64,000 nt of DNA, taken from contig NC_042998.1 of NCBI RefSeq assembly GCF_006345805.1, positions 84,134,001 through 84,198,000 of the forward strand, given 5' to 3'. How positions within the stretch are numbered: position 1 is the stretch's first letter; every line of letters starts with the position of its first letter. The notes under the pieces are model-generated. The model worked only from the letters and a program-made list of their open reading frames with translations, was not told where the DNA came from and searched no databases. The stretch is from Octopus sinensis (lineage: Eukaryota). Positions 11,331 to 23,764 of the stretch are shown here, in pieces. Position numbers and translations under genes: made by a program.

Positions 11331-11944
11331 GTGTGTATGTAGTTGATTATATCAAATCCAGTATTTGCTTAGTACTTTAATTAATCTCGGAAACATGGAA
11401 TTCATAGTAAATCTGGGCAGTAATTGAACTCAGAATTAAAACTGGCGGTTCCGAGTACCACAAAGTATGAATCTACTTACAAATCCTAGCATCTACATAC
11501 GAAGCTTTCGATCATGTTTCACATTGTAAGGCTTCTGAAAATTAAAAAAACTATGTTGCTGTAAGTTGCAGCCATGTCTAATAGCATGAATCAGAAGCTG
11601 CCTGTTAGGATGTTTCATATCAGTAAGTGTCCACACTGTTCTCTCTTCAACCATCTTTCTGTCAACTTGAGTGTACTTCAGAGCTCACTTCTCTTTCGCC
11701 CTCTGCTTCTTCTCTAGATTAATGGTCTTGTAGCTGTCACCTCTAACCACTCGCATACACATGGCATCTCTCTCTCCCCCTCTCTCCATTCTCTCTCTCC
11801 CTCTCTCTCTTTGTCTCTCTCTGTTAATTTACTTAATACGCACTCACACACACACACACACACACACATTGGTTAATTTATTTGTCTACATAAAAACACA
11901 CATGCATACATGCATACATACATATATACACACACAAACACACA

Positions 11945-11984
<40 letters not shown>

Positions 11985-12339
11985 TAGATACATACATACA
12001 TACATACATAAATATGGAGAGAGAGAATGGGAAACCTTCAGAAAAAGACATATAGAACGAGGTATATATACATGTTTATCTGTGTGTATAATATTGTACA
12101 TTTCTTTCATTATAGTTTTGTTTTTGCTGGGGTTTTCTTTTTTTCCTTTATATTTCCACGCTTTTCCAGGCACTTGTTTCCACTTCTGTATTATTTGTTT
12201 GTTTATCTCTCCCCATTGCCTTAGACTCTTGTTCATGCAATTTGTGTGATTTTTATCTTTATATTGTTGTATGTGTATATGTATATATGAATGTACACAT
12301 ATAAAAATACACTCATACACAAATAAATAAAATTAAAAT

Positions 12340-12575
12340 AAATGCGGCCTTTTAAAGCCTAGCCAGGCTCATGGGCCCGGTTTCCCGGTTTCAATGGCGT
12401 ATGTGTTTGCCAGCTGGACGGGACGCCAGTCCATCTCGGCGTTACTCATTTTTGCAAGCTGAGTGGACTGGAACAACGTGAAATGAAGTGTTTTGAAATG
12501 AAGTGTTTTGCTCAAGAACACAACGCGTCGCCCGGTCCAGGAATCGAAACCACAATTCTAATCCTTATAGGCATA
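12340..12575 (-). mobile_element. tRNA-derived SINE of another family
   Basis: gctcaagaacacaacgcgtcgcccggtccaggaatcgaaacc is a reverse-complemented B-box region; body resembles that of the 2015-2330 copy. Confidence 0.6.
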
Positions 12576-12654
12576 ATGACCCTCCCAAGACATAACAGGA
12601 TAGACAGACCGACAGACAGACAGACAGGCAATCAGACAGACAGACAGACACAGA

Positions 12655-12671
12655 CAGACAGACAGACAGAC

Positions 12672-12753
<82 letters not shown>
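12655..12753. repeat. (AGAC)n/(AGAT)n microsatellite
   Basis: Read directly from the sequence. Confidence 0.95.
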
Positions 12754-12754
<1 letters not shown>

Positions 12755-12964
12755 AAATGAAATGAACGATATTCTTTAATGAAAATCACTACAAGACACC
12801 GATAGAATAAATACTATGCTTACAAAGAATAAGTCCTGGGATCGATTTGTTCGACTAGTGGCGGTGCTCCAGCATGGCCGCAGTCAAATGACTGAAACAA
12901 GTAAAAGAATGAAAGAATATATATATATATATATTATATATATATATATATTATATATTATATA

Positions 12965-13010
<46 letters not shown>

Positions 13011-13049
13011 TATATTATATATATATATATAATATTATATATATATATA

Positions 13050-13215
13050 CCGGAGTAAACACATAAATGTGAAATAAGGTGGAAAAAAGAGTACTCAAAT
13101 ACCAGTGGTAGAGTAATATGCTTTATTTAAAGCAGCAGAAAATTCAAAAACTGTCCGACGAACGGCAACGGGAAACTCAGAGTAACAGGTTTTGTTGAAT
13201 TTTCTGCTGCTTTAT
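13050..13215. mobile_element. Penelope-type terminal repeat fragment with an inverted junction
   Basis: 13050-13150 matches 18800-18906. aaagcagcagaaaattcaa (13129-13147) is inverted as ttgaattttctgctgcttt (13195-13213). Confidence 0.55.
13151..13188 (+). ncRNA. Minimal type I hammerhead-like motif, U4C core variant
   Basis: ctgt-CCGACGA-acg-gcaa-cgg-GAAA-ctcagag-UA-acag. Confidence 0.45.
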
Positions 13216-13515
13216 ATATATATATATATAACAACAATTGAGGGTAAAATTAATTAATTAATCAATTTCACCAAGTGTTCAGTATGTAAAAGGACCATTT
13301 AAGGCGAATTCAAAATATTATATTACATTATATAATTAGGGCTTAGTAAAATAAATTACTTTGCCACATACTGAACTTAGTAGAAATAGCAGCCAAAAAA
13401 AATTTTCTTAGCATTTCTACTACTTAAAGAAAATTTCTCTCAGATAATGTTTACTCCAGACAGCTCACGAAGGTTTGGGGGTAAATACAGAAAAATATCA
13501 CAAGTACATAGATCG

Positions 13516-13578
13516 TTTGAGTACGTCAACGTTTCAAGATTAACCAAATAAAATCAGCATTTCTTTCGTCAGCTCAAA
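13516..13578 (-). ncRNA. Type I hammerhead ribozyme, canonical core
   Basis: tttgag-CUGACGA-aaga-(22 nt)-tctt-GAAA-cgt-tg-acg-UA-ctcaaa; all three stems pair. Confidence 0.75.
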
Positions 13579-13654
13579 ATTTCTAATTTGGATTGGAAAC
13601 ACTAAAAAGAAGGAACTTTACCTATCAGCGAACTTGTCGCTTCAGATGAACCAC

Positions 13655-13960
<306 letters not shown>

Positions 13961-13973
13961 TAGGGAGGAGTAA

Positions 13974-14384
13974 AAAAAATGTGCACGCCCAAACTGTGGG
14001 ACCTGCACCCTCCTACTTGAAGGTTCTGAATTTACCTTCAAACAAGGTACGAAGTTTAAAATCAAGACTAACTTCTCCTGTTCCTCCGAGAACCTTATCT
14101 ACGTTCTCACATGCGCTGGTTGCCAACATAATTATGTTGGACAAACGAGTCTCCCGTTACGTAAACGAGTAGCGGTGCATAAAGAACAGATAAATCTCCC
14201 GGAATACCGACAAATTCCACTGAGTGACCACATAGACTCATGCGCTAAAGACTTAAACCCCAAATTCTATATATTCCCCTTCTACCAATGTAAAGACGGC
14301 ATCACCACACAGGAGAGAATTAACAAGGAGAATCTCTTTATTGAAAAATTCCAAACCCAACTTAATATACAAACTCCTCGTTGA
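13974..14384 (+). pseudogene. Penelope-like element: C-terminal Cys linker and GIY-YIG endonuclease (5'-truncated)
   Basis: One open frame: [11 protein letters not shown]...[33 protein letters not shown]...ERINKENLFIEKF. Confidence 0.85.
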
Positions 14385-15013
14385 TCAAACTTCCCTTTTC
14401 TACCTCATTCTTCATGGATGGACTCACACAAATATATAAGGATACCATAGATTCATCACTTCAAGCAAAAACTTATATTCTTTAAATATCCTTTTTACTA
14501 TTGTTGTTATTACCATCATCTTTATTATTTATGATATAACAATCTGAAATGCAATTGTCTATGCAAATTTATATAATTAGAAAATAATATAAATAAAGTG
14601 TTAAAATCTGAAAGTTAAATTAACAAACAATTATATAAAAAAGATAATGCAAATGAAGCTAAAATGACAATTTTATAATTTGGAATTTATCAGCAGCCTT
14701 TATTGAAGAACTCAAAAGAGCTGTCTCCCCTTATTCACAACACAGGAACTGAAGAACCACAATTACTACTACTTCCTGTTTTGCCAACATCCTAAATTAA
14801 ACCAAACAACACATGGCCTTAATTCCATTGGATCCTAATACCTCAAGGTAATTTTTTCGTGAACAATCATTAAACTCAAGATACACAACGAACTCACAAT
14901 GTATCGGAGTACTTATTTTTTAATTTTTATACATATTTATTATTATTCTTTTGCAAGAAACAATGCAACTTTTTTTCCCCTTTCTCATTTTTAAAAAAAC
15001 CTTTCCACCTAAC

Positions 15014-15055
15014 TATTCTTGATAAGTCAAACTATGACGAAAACCGGTTTGAATA
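15014..15055 (+). ncRNA. Minimal type I hammerhead ribozyme, U3-A8 compensatory variant
   Basis: tattc-UUGAUAA-gtc-aaactat-gac-GAAA-a-ccgg-t-UU-gaata; palindromic aaccggtt stem III. Confidence 0.7.
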
Positions 15056-15191
15056 AATATATATTTATATATTTTTTCATTTTCTCATTTCATTAAAATT
15101 TTCTTTCAATCGAGCATTCTGCATTTTTACAATTTTTCCTTGCTTATCATTTCTCCACGTGCGGTCAACACAACCCCGCCATTTATTGATC

Positions 15192-15222
<31 letters not shown>

Positions 15223-15233
15223 TATATATATAA

Positions 15234-15645
15234 TAACGAAGGCGGCTATACGCAATACAAAACCAAGAAGAAAAAATTCAGTTGTCACTAATTGTGACTA
15301 ACGGTGCAAGGTAGAACCTACATTGCTAAAAATAAGAGTTAAAGAACCCTTAGAGCCGCAAGGAAGCAATTTCCATATGCTGACAGGGGAGACAACCGTC
15401 CCACAGCGAGCGAGATCATTATACTAATTAAGTTTCACTTAAAATTAAAGCTCATCAGTATTGACTACTCCATCGCTAGATGGTTTGGCTAAATTCTCAC
15501 TGTCAGTATATAGATTTACCATATGAATCTATGGCTGATTCACCAAAATGGTAACGTGAAGATTATAGACTAACGGAGGCGGCTATGCGCAAAATAAAAC
15601 CGAAAACAAAACAGGAAATATTCAATTGTCAATAATTGTGACTAA
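15234..15645 (-). mobile_element. Small direct-repeat element (~337-bp monomer plus partial repeat) containing a hammerhead; retrozyme/PLE-like
   Basis: 15234-15301 is imperfectly repeated at 15571-15645; hammerhead at 15417-15463. Confidence 0.55.
15417..15463 (-). ncRNA. Type I hammerhead ribozyme, canonical core
   Basis: caata-CUGAUGA-gctt-taatttt-aagt-GAAA-cttaattag-UA-taatg; one mismatch in stem I. Confidence 0.7.
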
Positions 15646-15899
15646 GGAACCTTTTTCCATATGGCTGCAATCCAATGACTGAAACAAATAAAAGATAAAA
15701 TAACAATCTTCTAAGATTAATCTATAAGATCGTTAATGAACATACGAATAGAATAACAGAATAACAATCAATAACTCACAATGGACAAACATTTCCTGTT
15801 TTGCATACGGTAACTGCTACCCTGAAATGTCCTCCAAATAAAGGGTCTATATATTACACTTTCTAATTTTCTCGCCGTTTTCGTCTTTCTCTTTCTCTT

Positions 15900-15938
<39 letters not shown>

Positions 15939-16069
15939 TCTTTCCCTGCCTCTCTCTTTTTTCTTACCCTAGTACAAAACAATAACACCAACATCAACAA
16001 CAAACATCGAGCCTTCCATACGAACACATCTTTTAGACTTCAAAAGCATATTCATCTTCCATGAACTAG

Positions 16070-16225
16070 GCGCATGTGTGACTGCCTGGTAAGAAGCTTG
16101 CTTCCGACATGGTTCCAAGTTCAGTTCCACTGCATGGCACCATGGGCTAGTGTCTTCTACTATAGCCGCGGGTCGACCACAGCCTTTTGAGTGGATTTTA
16201 TAGACGGAAACTAAAGAAGCCTGTC

Positions 16226-16279
<54 letters not shown>

Positions 16280-16334
16280 ATATACATACATACATACATA
16301 CATACACACATACATACATACAAACATACATACA

Positions 16335-16366
<32 letters not shown>

Positions 16367-16585
16367 GGGAAATGGATTTGTGACATTCACTCAAATAATA
16401 ATATAAATGACATATATATATATATATATATATTATATGTGTGTGCGTGTGTGCATGCGTGTGTGTATGTATTTGTTTGTGTGTCTGTGTTTCACCCACC
16501 CACCATCACTTGACAACCAATGATGATGTGTTTACGTCCCCGTAACTTAGCGGTTCGACAAAAGAGATCGATAGAATAAGTATTT
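16070..16585 (+). mobile_element. SINE family C with expanded internal microsatellite, 3' end interrupted
   Basis: Head at 16070-16140, (TA)(TG)(TACA)n at 16225-16470, body breaks after gatagaataagta. Confidence 0.8.
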
Positions 16586-16589
16586 TGCG

Positions 16590-17625
16590 TTTTTAAATGT
16601 GGTTTACTGTGTGCGTGCGCGTTAGGGGGATGTATATCTATTTATATATATATGTATGCAGTGTGTGCGTGGTGGTGGGGGCTGGGGTAAGTTGCCCACC
16701 GATGGATCCTGAGGCGGCGGGAAGGAAGGTGGGACCTCCGGACAAGTCGGGGGTACTCCACTCTCCCTTCGTAAAGGAAAAAAAGAGGAGGAAGAAGAAA
16801 AACGGGGCATTGCCGACGGTTGCTGGTGTACTGGCGGCAAGTCCCGTAACCCCTTCGGTGGGATGTGTGCCACCGGAGAAGGGAGGAGAAGAAAAAGAAA
16901 AACAGGACAGTGCCGGCGGTTTGTGATGTGCTGACGGCATGTCCCGAGGTCTCGCTGGATGAAGCAATGCTACCATGCGATCCACCGACCGAGCGAGCAA
17001 GTAGAAACCTCGCCTAGTGGGAGGGATGAATTTGTGTTCTTCTATCTCAGAGGAGGGGCGATTGATGACTTTGTAGAAAATACCCTAGCTAGTCAGGAAT
17101 CGAGGGAACCGACTTGTATTGACAGTCCAGAGTGGCCTCCGCAGTTGGCTGCTCTGGTACTGGAAAGAAGGGAATTTTTCTACTTAACAGACTCCTTTTC
17201 AAGGGAGGATTACAGATTTCTCCATGGAGCCCCGACTTGCTGGTGCGGGAATGCTTGAAGACCGCAAGAGATTTAGGCGGGGACGGTGAAACAGAGAATT
17301 AGTATAAGAGGTTTATTGTCTCAAGTATATGTTTTAATTTGTAATGGACTTTTTAGCCCAAATAAATGGTATGTGTTGAAAAATTGTAAGAGGGTTAATA
17401 CCTCAATATATGTTTAAATATTGAAAAATGTAAGAGGTTAATACCTCAATGTATGTTTGTGAAAAAACAATGTTATAGAGAAGCACAGGATCAGCGGGCG
17501 TTTTCTGTCTTCTCCCATCCTTATCATCTTTGCATCGTTATCATTCATTTCATTAATATCTTGTCCAGCCCGCAAAGCTACCTTACTCTTTGTACTGTCT
17601 TTATGACAAATTTAATAGAATAAAG
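16590..17625 (+). mobile_element. Reduced non-autonomous element related to 33590-35348 (Tx1 ORF1 C-terminal region plus 3' UTR)
   Basis: Shares LRGGAI..FV / PTCI.SP.WPPQ.AA coding sequence and the 3' end (ttgtccagcccgca...caaattt.at.gaataaag) with the 35-kb copy. Confidence 0.7.
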
Positions 17626-18010
17626 TAGCTTACTTACCAATCACATGGTTCGGGGTTCAGTCCCACTGCGTGGCACCCTGGGCAAGTATCTCCTACTATA
17701 GCCTCGTGCTGACCAAAGCCTTCTAAGTGGATTCGGTAGACGGAAACTGAAAGAAGCCCGTTGTATATGTGTGTGTGTGTGTGTGTGTTTGTATAAATGT
17801 TGGTGTGTCTGTGTTTGTCCCCCCAACATCGTATGACAGCCGATGTTGGTGTGTTTACGTCCCCGTAACTTAGCGGTTCGGCAAAAGATACCGATAGAAT
17901 AAGCACTAGGCTTACAAAAAATAAGCCCTGGAGTCGATTTGCTTGACTAAAGGCGATGCTCCAGCATGGCCGCAGTCAAATGACTGAAACAAGTAAAAGA
18001 ATAAAAGAAT
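17626..18010 (+). mobile_element. SINE family C starting at tagcttacttacc (5' end of head missing)
   Basis: Complete from mid-head to tail. Confidence 0.8.
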
Positions 18011-18029
18011 GTATATATATATATATATA

Positions 18030-18161
18030 TTGTATTTCGGGACGGTCATTTTTACCCCAAATAAACACACGCACTATATATCTGTTCTTCACTCGATTAT
18101 TACAAATATCTAGTGCGTGTGTTCATTTGGCAAAAAAAAAAACGACTATCCCGAAATACAA
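18030..18161. repeat. Palindromic element, copy 1 (termini TTGTATTTCGGGA / TCCCGAAATACAA)
   Basis: Terminal and subterminal inverted repeats, aataaacacacgca / tgcgtgtgttcatt. Confidence 0.7.
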
Positions 18162-18209
<48 letters not shown>

Positions 18210-18267
18210 GCGTTTGTCGATTTGTGTTGCAAGATTCCTGATGTGAAACCGTGTGTTGAAACATAGT

Positions 18268-18414
18268 TGTATTTCGGGACGTTCGTTTTTGTTTTGTTTT
18301 GTTTTGTTTTTGCCAAATAAACACACGCAGTACATATTTGTAATAATCGGGTGAAGAACGAATATATAGAGCGTGTGTTTATTTGGCAAAAAAAACGACC
18401 GTCCCGAAATACAA
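18268..18414. repeat. Palindromic element, copy 2, inverted relative to copy 1
   Basis: Same termini; the asymmetric core is the reverse complement of that in copy 1. Confidence 0.7.
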
Positions 18415-18420
18415 GATATA

Positions 18421-18637
18421 CAAGGTGGCCCAAAATGAGGTTTACAGTTATGTAATCAACTATCCCTTTCGCATTCATATATTAACAGTTTAGATCTTAA
18501 TTATAAAAATATATGAAATCATTATTCTATGCTAATTTATGCTAAGTGTAAGATAGAAATTTGAATGTAATAAAATGTTTTAAAAGAAATTTAAAGTGCC
18601 TACGTGATAACTGTAAACCTACTTTTGGGCCACCCTT
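18421..18637. mobile_element. Tc1/mariner-type MITE
   Basis: TIRs caaggtggcccaaaatgaggtttacagttat / ataactgtaaacctacttttgggccaccctt, flanked by TA. Confidence 0.8.
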
Positions 18638-18799
18638 TATATGTGTGTGTGTGTTTGTGTGTGTGTGTGTATACATACATACATACATACATACATACAT
18701 ACATACATACATACATACATACATGCATGCATACATACGTACATAAATACAAACATTATATACATTACAGACATACATATATATATATATATATACATA

Positions 18800-18906
18800 T
18801 AAGCACATAAATGTGAAACAAGGTGGTAAAAGGAGTACTCAAATACCAGAAATAGAGTAATATGCTTTATTTAAAAGCAGCAGAAATATAACAAAAGCTG
18901 TTACTC
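18800..18906 (-). mobile_element. Penelope-type terminal repeat fragment, same family as 13050
   Basis: Matches 13050-13150 and stops at gag-ta-acag, the hammerhead cleavage region. Confidence 0.5.
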
Positions 18907-18952
18907 ACGGTCTCCAAATGTTTGTCTTTTTTTCCTATGTGCTATTTTGTGT

Positions 18953-19324
<372 letters not shown>

Positions 19325-19374
19325 CTACGATACACACGCACATACACATACATATATATATATATATATTATTT

Positions 19375-19700
19375 GGCGCATAGGTCAGCGGTTAGAGTGT
19401 CGGGCTTATAATCATGAGGGAGCGAGTTCGGTTCCCGAATCGGGCTGTGTGATGTATTCTTGGGCAAGACACTTTATTTTATGTTGCTCCAGTTCACTCA
19501 TGAGTTACGACGTCGCTGGTGCCAAGCTGTATCAGCCTTTGCCTTTCCTTTGGATAACATGGGTGGCGTGGAGAGGGGAGACTGGTATGCATGGGCCCCT
19601 GCTGCTCTTCCATAAACAACCTTGCCCGGTCTTGTGCCTTGGAGGTGAACTTTCTAGGTGCAATCCCTTGGTCATTCATGACCGAAAGGGTTCTTTACCC
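19375..19700 (+). mobile_element. tRNA-derived SINE
   Basis: ggcgcataggtcagcggttagagtgtcgggc...gagttcggttccc...ttgggcaagacac. Confidence 0.65.
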
Positions 19701-20714
19701 TATACATACGACGGGCTTCTTTCAGTTTCTGTCAACAAAGACCACTCACAAACCTTTGGTCGGCTCGAGGATATAGTAGAAGACGCTTGCTCAAGGTGCC
19801 ACGCAGTTGGACTGAACCCAGAACTATTCGGCTGGAAAGCAAACTTCTTACAAACGGATCGGCCGATTCGGTAATCGAAACCACGACCTTGCTATAAGTA
19901 CAACACCCAAACCACCAGGCAACACGCTTTCACAGATATCGTATTACATGTATGGTATACACTCGAATATAAGGGAAACTATTTGTTTGTTTGTTTGTTT
20001 TTAGTTTGTTTGTTTTTTTTTCTTTTTGTCTTTTTGTTTTGCTTTTTGTTTTTCTTTTTGTTTTTGTTATGGAACTTCAATAAATAAGGATCACATATTC
20101 ATTCGTATTATATAACAATATATAATGACTGGAATGCATAACATCTCCGTTTTGGGATTGCTTCCGTTTGTTATATTTCAGGGATTTTTTTTTAATGAGA
20201 AACAAAAACAGAACAGGCATTACTATAACCAAACAATGCACACGATGTATGTAGGTATGTGCGTATATGTTTACGCCAAGACAAATAATCACTTTGTGTC
20301 ACAAATCAGACAGCCAATATTTTATCAACATATTTTACAAATTACTCTATTTTAAATAACGAATGATACACGTATTTTTATGATTGATGAGGAATATATG
20401 GCCAGTGGTGTTGTACAAAATGATGAACGTGTGTGCTAAGTTATAGATAATATAATTTTACAAAAGAAAATAAAAGATGGTAACAAAATTATTTCGTTGT
20501 TTTGAGTCGCACATGAAAAATATTCAATCTTTCTATAATACATTAATAGTATTGGTGTTGTTGTTATCATTTAGAATTCTTGATTAGATAAGCCAGAAAA
20601 TATAGCCTCACACACACTAACATACGCATGTACTCACACAGCAACAACAAAACAATCTCGTCTCTGAGAACTTTTGCATCAATTGTAATATCTTTCGAGT
20701 TAACAAATGAATAC

Positions 20715-20757
<43 letters not shown>

Positions 20758-23459
20758 TGTGTGTGCGTGTGTTTGTGTGGAGGTGTTGTTTCTGCATGAT
20801 TTTATTTTCATTCCAAGTGTTTTCAACATAAAAAGAAGCTGTTATATGGATAAATTTCGATGAGGTTATCCTCAATTACGAAGAACTCAAAGTTACGTAA
20901 CAGAAGAAGGATTCTTGGTGTTTATTGTCTTCTTACAACATGGACAGGTGTTGCGACTCTCACCTTATCTGAGAAAACTTTTGTTATTGTATAAATAAAT
21001 TATTATTGTATAAATAAGTGAATCGGTAAATGAATATTTCCTTCCTGGTGGCTGATGGTCGAGGATCTCAGATAGTCTCTCTGATAGTTCAGAGGGCCTC
21101 GAATTCTCTTCGGACCTGATTTATTGTTGAGGGGCTGACTCCCTTACCCTTCGCTACTTCACAGGCACTGACCTTTTATTTTGGCTATTTTCCATAGCTG
21201 CTAATCCCAGAATGCCCACCTAGTTATCCTGCTGGTGAGGCTGTGGATTCAGAAGTACTTTAACAAAAGACATGCTTTAAGAAAAGCTAAGTGAAGTTTC
21301 ACTCCCTTGGTTGTTCAACATGCTGGACACTCACCTGAAATTTCTAAATCCCCGCATTCTAGCAAGATTCTTGTTGACTTCATCTGTACTTTTAGAATAT
21401 ATCTAGCAACCATACTCGACAGATTCGCCTGCCAGACAAGCCTGGTGGAGGAGCTGGTTTAATCGTCAACGATTTAGTTGCTGGATTAGTCACGTGTAAT
21501 GAGTTGTACTTGACTTCATGTTACCAGTAGCGTTCGTGAACACTCTAGAATGAGTAGTACACTGACAGTTAACGTTAACCTAGGTAAGGACCACGGTCTG
21601 TCATGAACAAATGAATAGTATAATTCCTCTTTTTAAATAACATATATTTACTGACGAGCATACTAGTCACCGACTCTCTCATGAATATAAAGTATAAAAT
21701 GTGACGATAAATAGCCAATATTACGAAAAAAGCAACAATATTACAAAATTCACTCGCGAATGTTTAATGTCTTATCGAGTTGAGGAGTTGTTATTTGTGT
21801 TTTAAGAATTCCACATTGCATCAAGATCAGATAATTTCAGCAGATAAAGACGCGGACAAGAAACCAGACAGATTTGTAAAACTGAATTAAGATGAGCAAA
21901 ACTTCAGCCTTCTTAATATGATTGGTTACTATCTTTTGAATATAGAGTAGATCTACGCCAGCATGTCTTCTGGAAACAAAGCCTCTAGGCAATGTTCTGT
22001 TTATCGATATTGGCAAGAGATGCCTTATGGTGATTTTGAGTTATGACGTTGGTTTGTAATTCTGGAATAAAATGGGCGGGGGTGAAATCTCAATTCTTTG
22101 AATGAGAATTATTTAAGCAAACAATATGAATACATGTTCGTAATAATGTTATGTTATAACAATCAGAACGATGTAGTTTAAGAGATTACAAGAAGCAGAT
22201 CAAATGCTGCACTAATGCAAATCCAAGAATTCAGCTAATACATTACATTTGTGACTCCCACTACATTAAGTATCTTAACACGAATTATCCTGTATTCCTT
22301 CGATAGAGTGGAGAGGCAATATGGTGGACTGAGATTTGGAAGATGGTAATGGCGCGAAATAATCTACTGGGAGACTTTTTGGTCTCTATCTCAGTGGTTC
22401 TCAGTCTGTTTCACTTCTTGTCACACAGGAGATCAATTATAAAGTTATTGGTGATCGAATATAGAGATGAAATAAATATATTACATAGTGGATCTCTGTC
22501 GTTAGACGAGGGGTATTAAATAGTTCGATCAACAGAATAAACTTCTGGATTAAACGTGTAAGTAGCTCTCTCTCTCTCTCTCTCTCTTTCTTTCTCTTTC
22601 TCTCTCTCTCTCTCTCTCTCACTCTCTCTCACGGCCCTTCCGCTCTTAGCCCAGCGAAACATTCAGTATATGACGGATGGAAAGAGAGAGAGAGAGAGAG
22701 AGAGAGAGCTGCACCAGTAGTATCCGGTTGGTACTCATCTATAGCTGAAAAGACTGGAGTAACGCGAACTTAAACGCATTACTCAAGAACACAATAACTC
22801 TGCGCTCCAAGAATTGAACCAACCACCATATGATTATGAGCCCAAACACTAACCACTAAACCAAATGCTTTAATGCATACATACATAGGTACGACATACG
22901 TACGTACGTACGAATTACATACATACAATCAGAAAGACACACGTATATACATACAATGCATACATACAAACATATGTACTGCATACATACATGCAGACAA
23001 GCAGACATACATGCATGCATATATACTTATATACATGCAGACGCATTCATACATGCAGGTTCGGAGGCAGACATGTATGCATAAATACATACATTATTAA
23101 ATTATTTACTTCATCATACGTCTACTTACATCAAAAAGAAGTGAAAAGCAACTAAAAAGCAGAGAATATTTCCTGTGGTTAGTATTGTACATAACTGAAA
23201 CGGTAGTGTCACGTTCCATTTGGAGATAATATCGCTGTGGACATTTGATACGAAAATATGATAATATCTTTCATACTTGAATTGCACAATAGTCACTATT
23301 TTTCTCATCGTGCTGGCCTGAAGACATTCCTGTGTCATTCATTTATTGTATATTAGGTAGCTCTCTCTTCCTGCTCCTCTATGGGAAAAGCCTATCTAAG
23401 TGCTTAGTAATGTTTCCATTAAAAGTTACTCTTCCTACCAATTTCATTTAACCGTTACT

Positions 23460-23764
23460 TTCTATCTTGCGGTGTGTTTATGCAATGGCGTAAGACCTTC
23501 TGTTGTTAAGCCAAAAATTTCTTCGTTACATTTTAATTCAACTTAAATGATAAAGCTGCTCTGGGACTGCATCGAATGTATTCATGTTCGGAATAATTAT
23601 TAAGATTTTCTCTTAAATTTAGCTTAATAATTATTCCGAACATGAATATATTCGACGCAATTCCAGAGCAGTTCTAACACTTAAGCTGAACTAAAATGTA
23701 AAGAAGAAGTTTTTGGCTTAATGACAGGCCTTGCGCCATTACGTAAATACACTGCAAGATAGAA
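23460..23764. mobile_element. Fully palindromic ~305-bp fold-back/MITE-like element
   Basis: Arm ttctatcttgcggtgtgtttatgcaatggcg...gaataattattaag pairs with cttaataattattcc...cgccattacgtaaatacactgcaagatagaa. Confidence 0.8.

Larger units (their letters stand above)
13974..15190 (+). mobile_element. 5'-truncated Penelope-like retroelement with a hammerhead-bearing 3' region
   Basis: GIY-YIG frame followed by AT-rich 3' sequence containing the hammerhead at 15014-15055; bounded by (TA)n on both sides. Confidence 0.7.

Noticed and set aside
20830-21600. GC-richer stretch, possibly a LINE 5' region with an HDV-like ribozyme
   Set aside because: I could not build the nested double pseudoknot or assign a family by eye.
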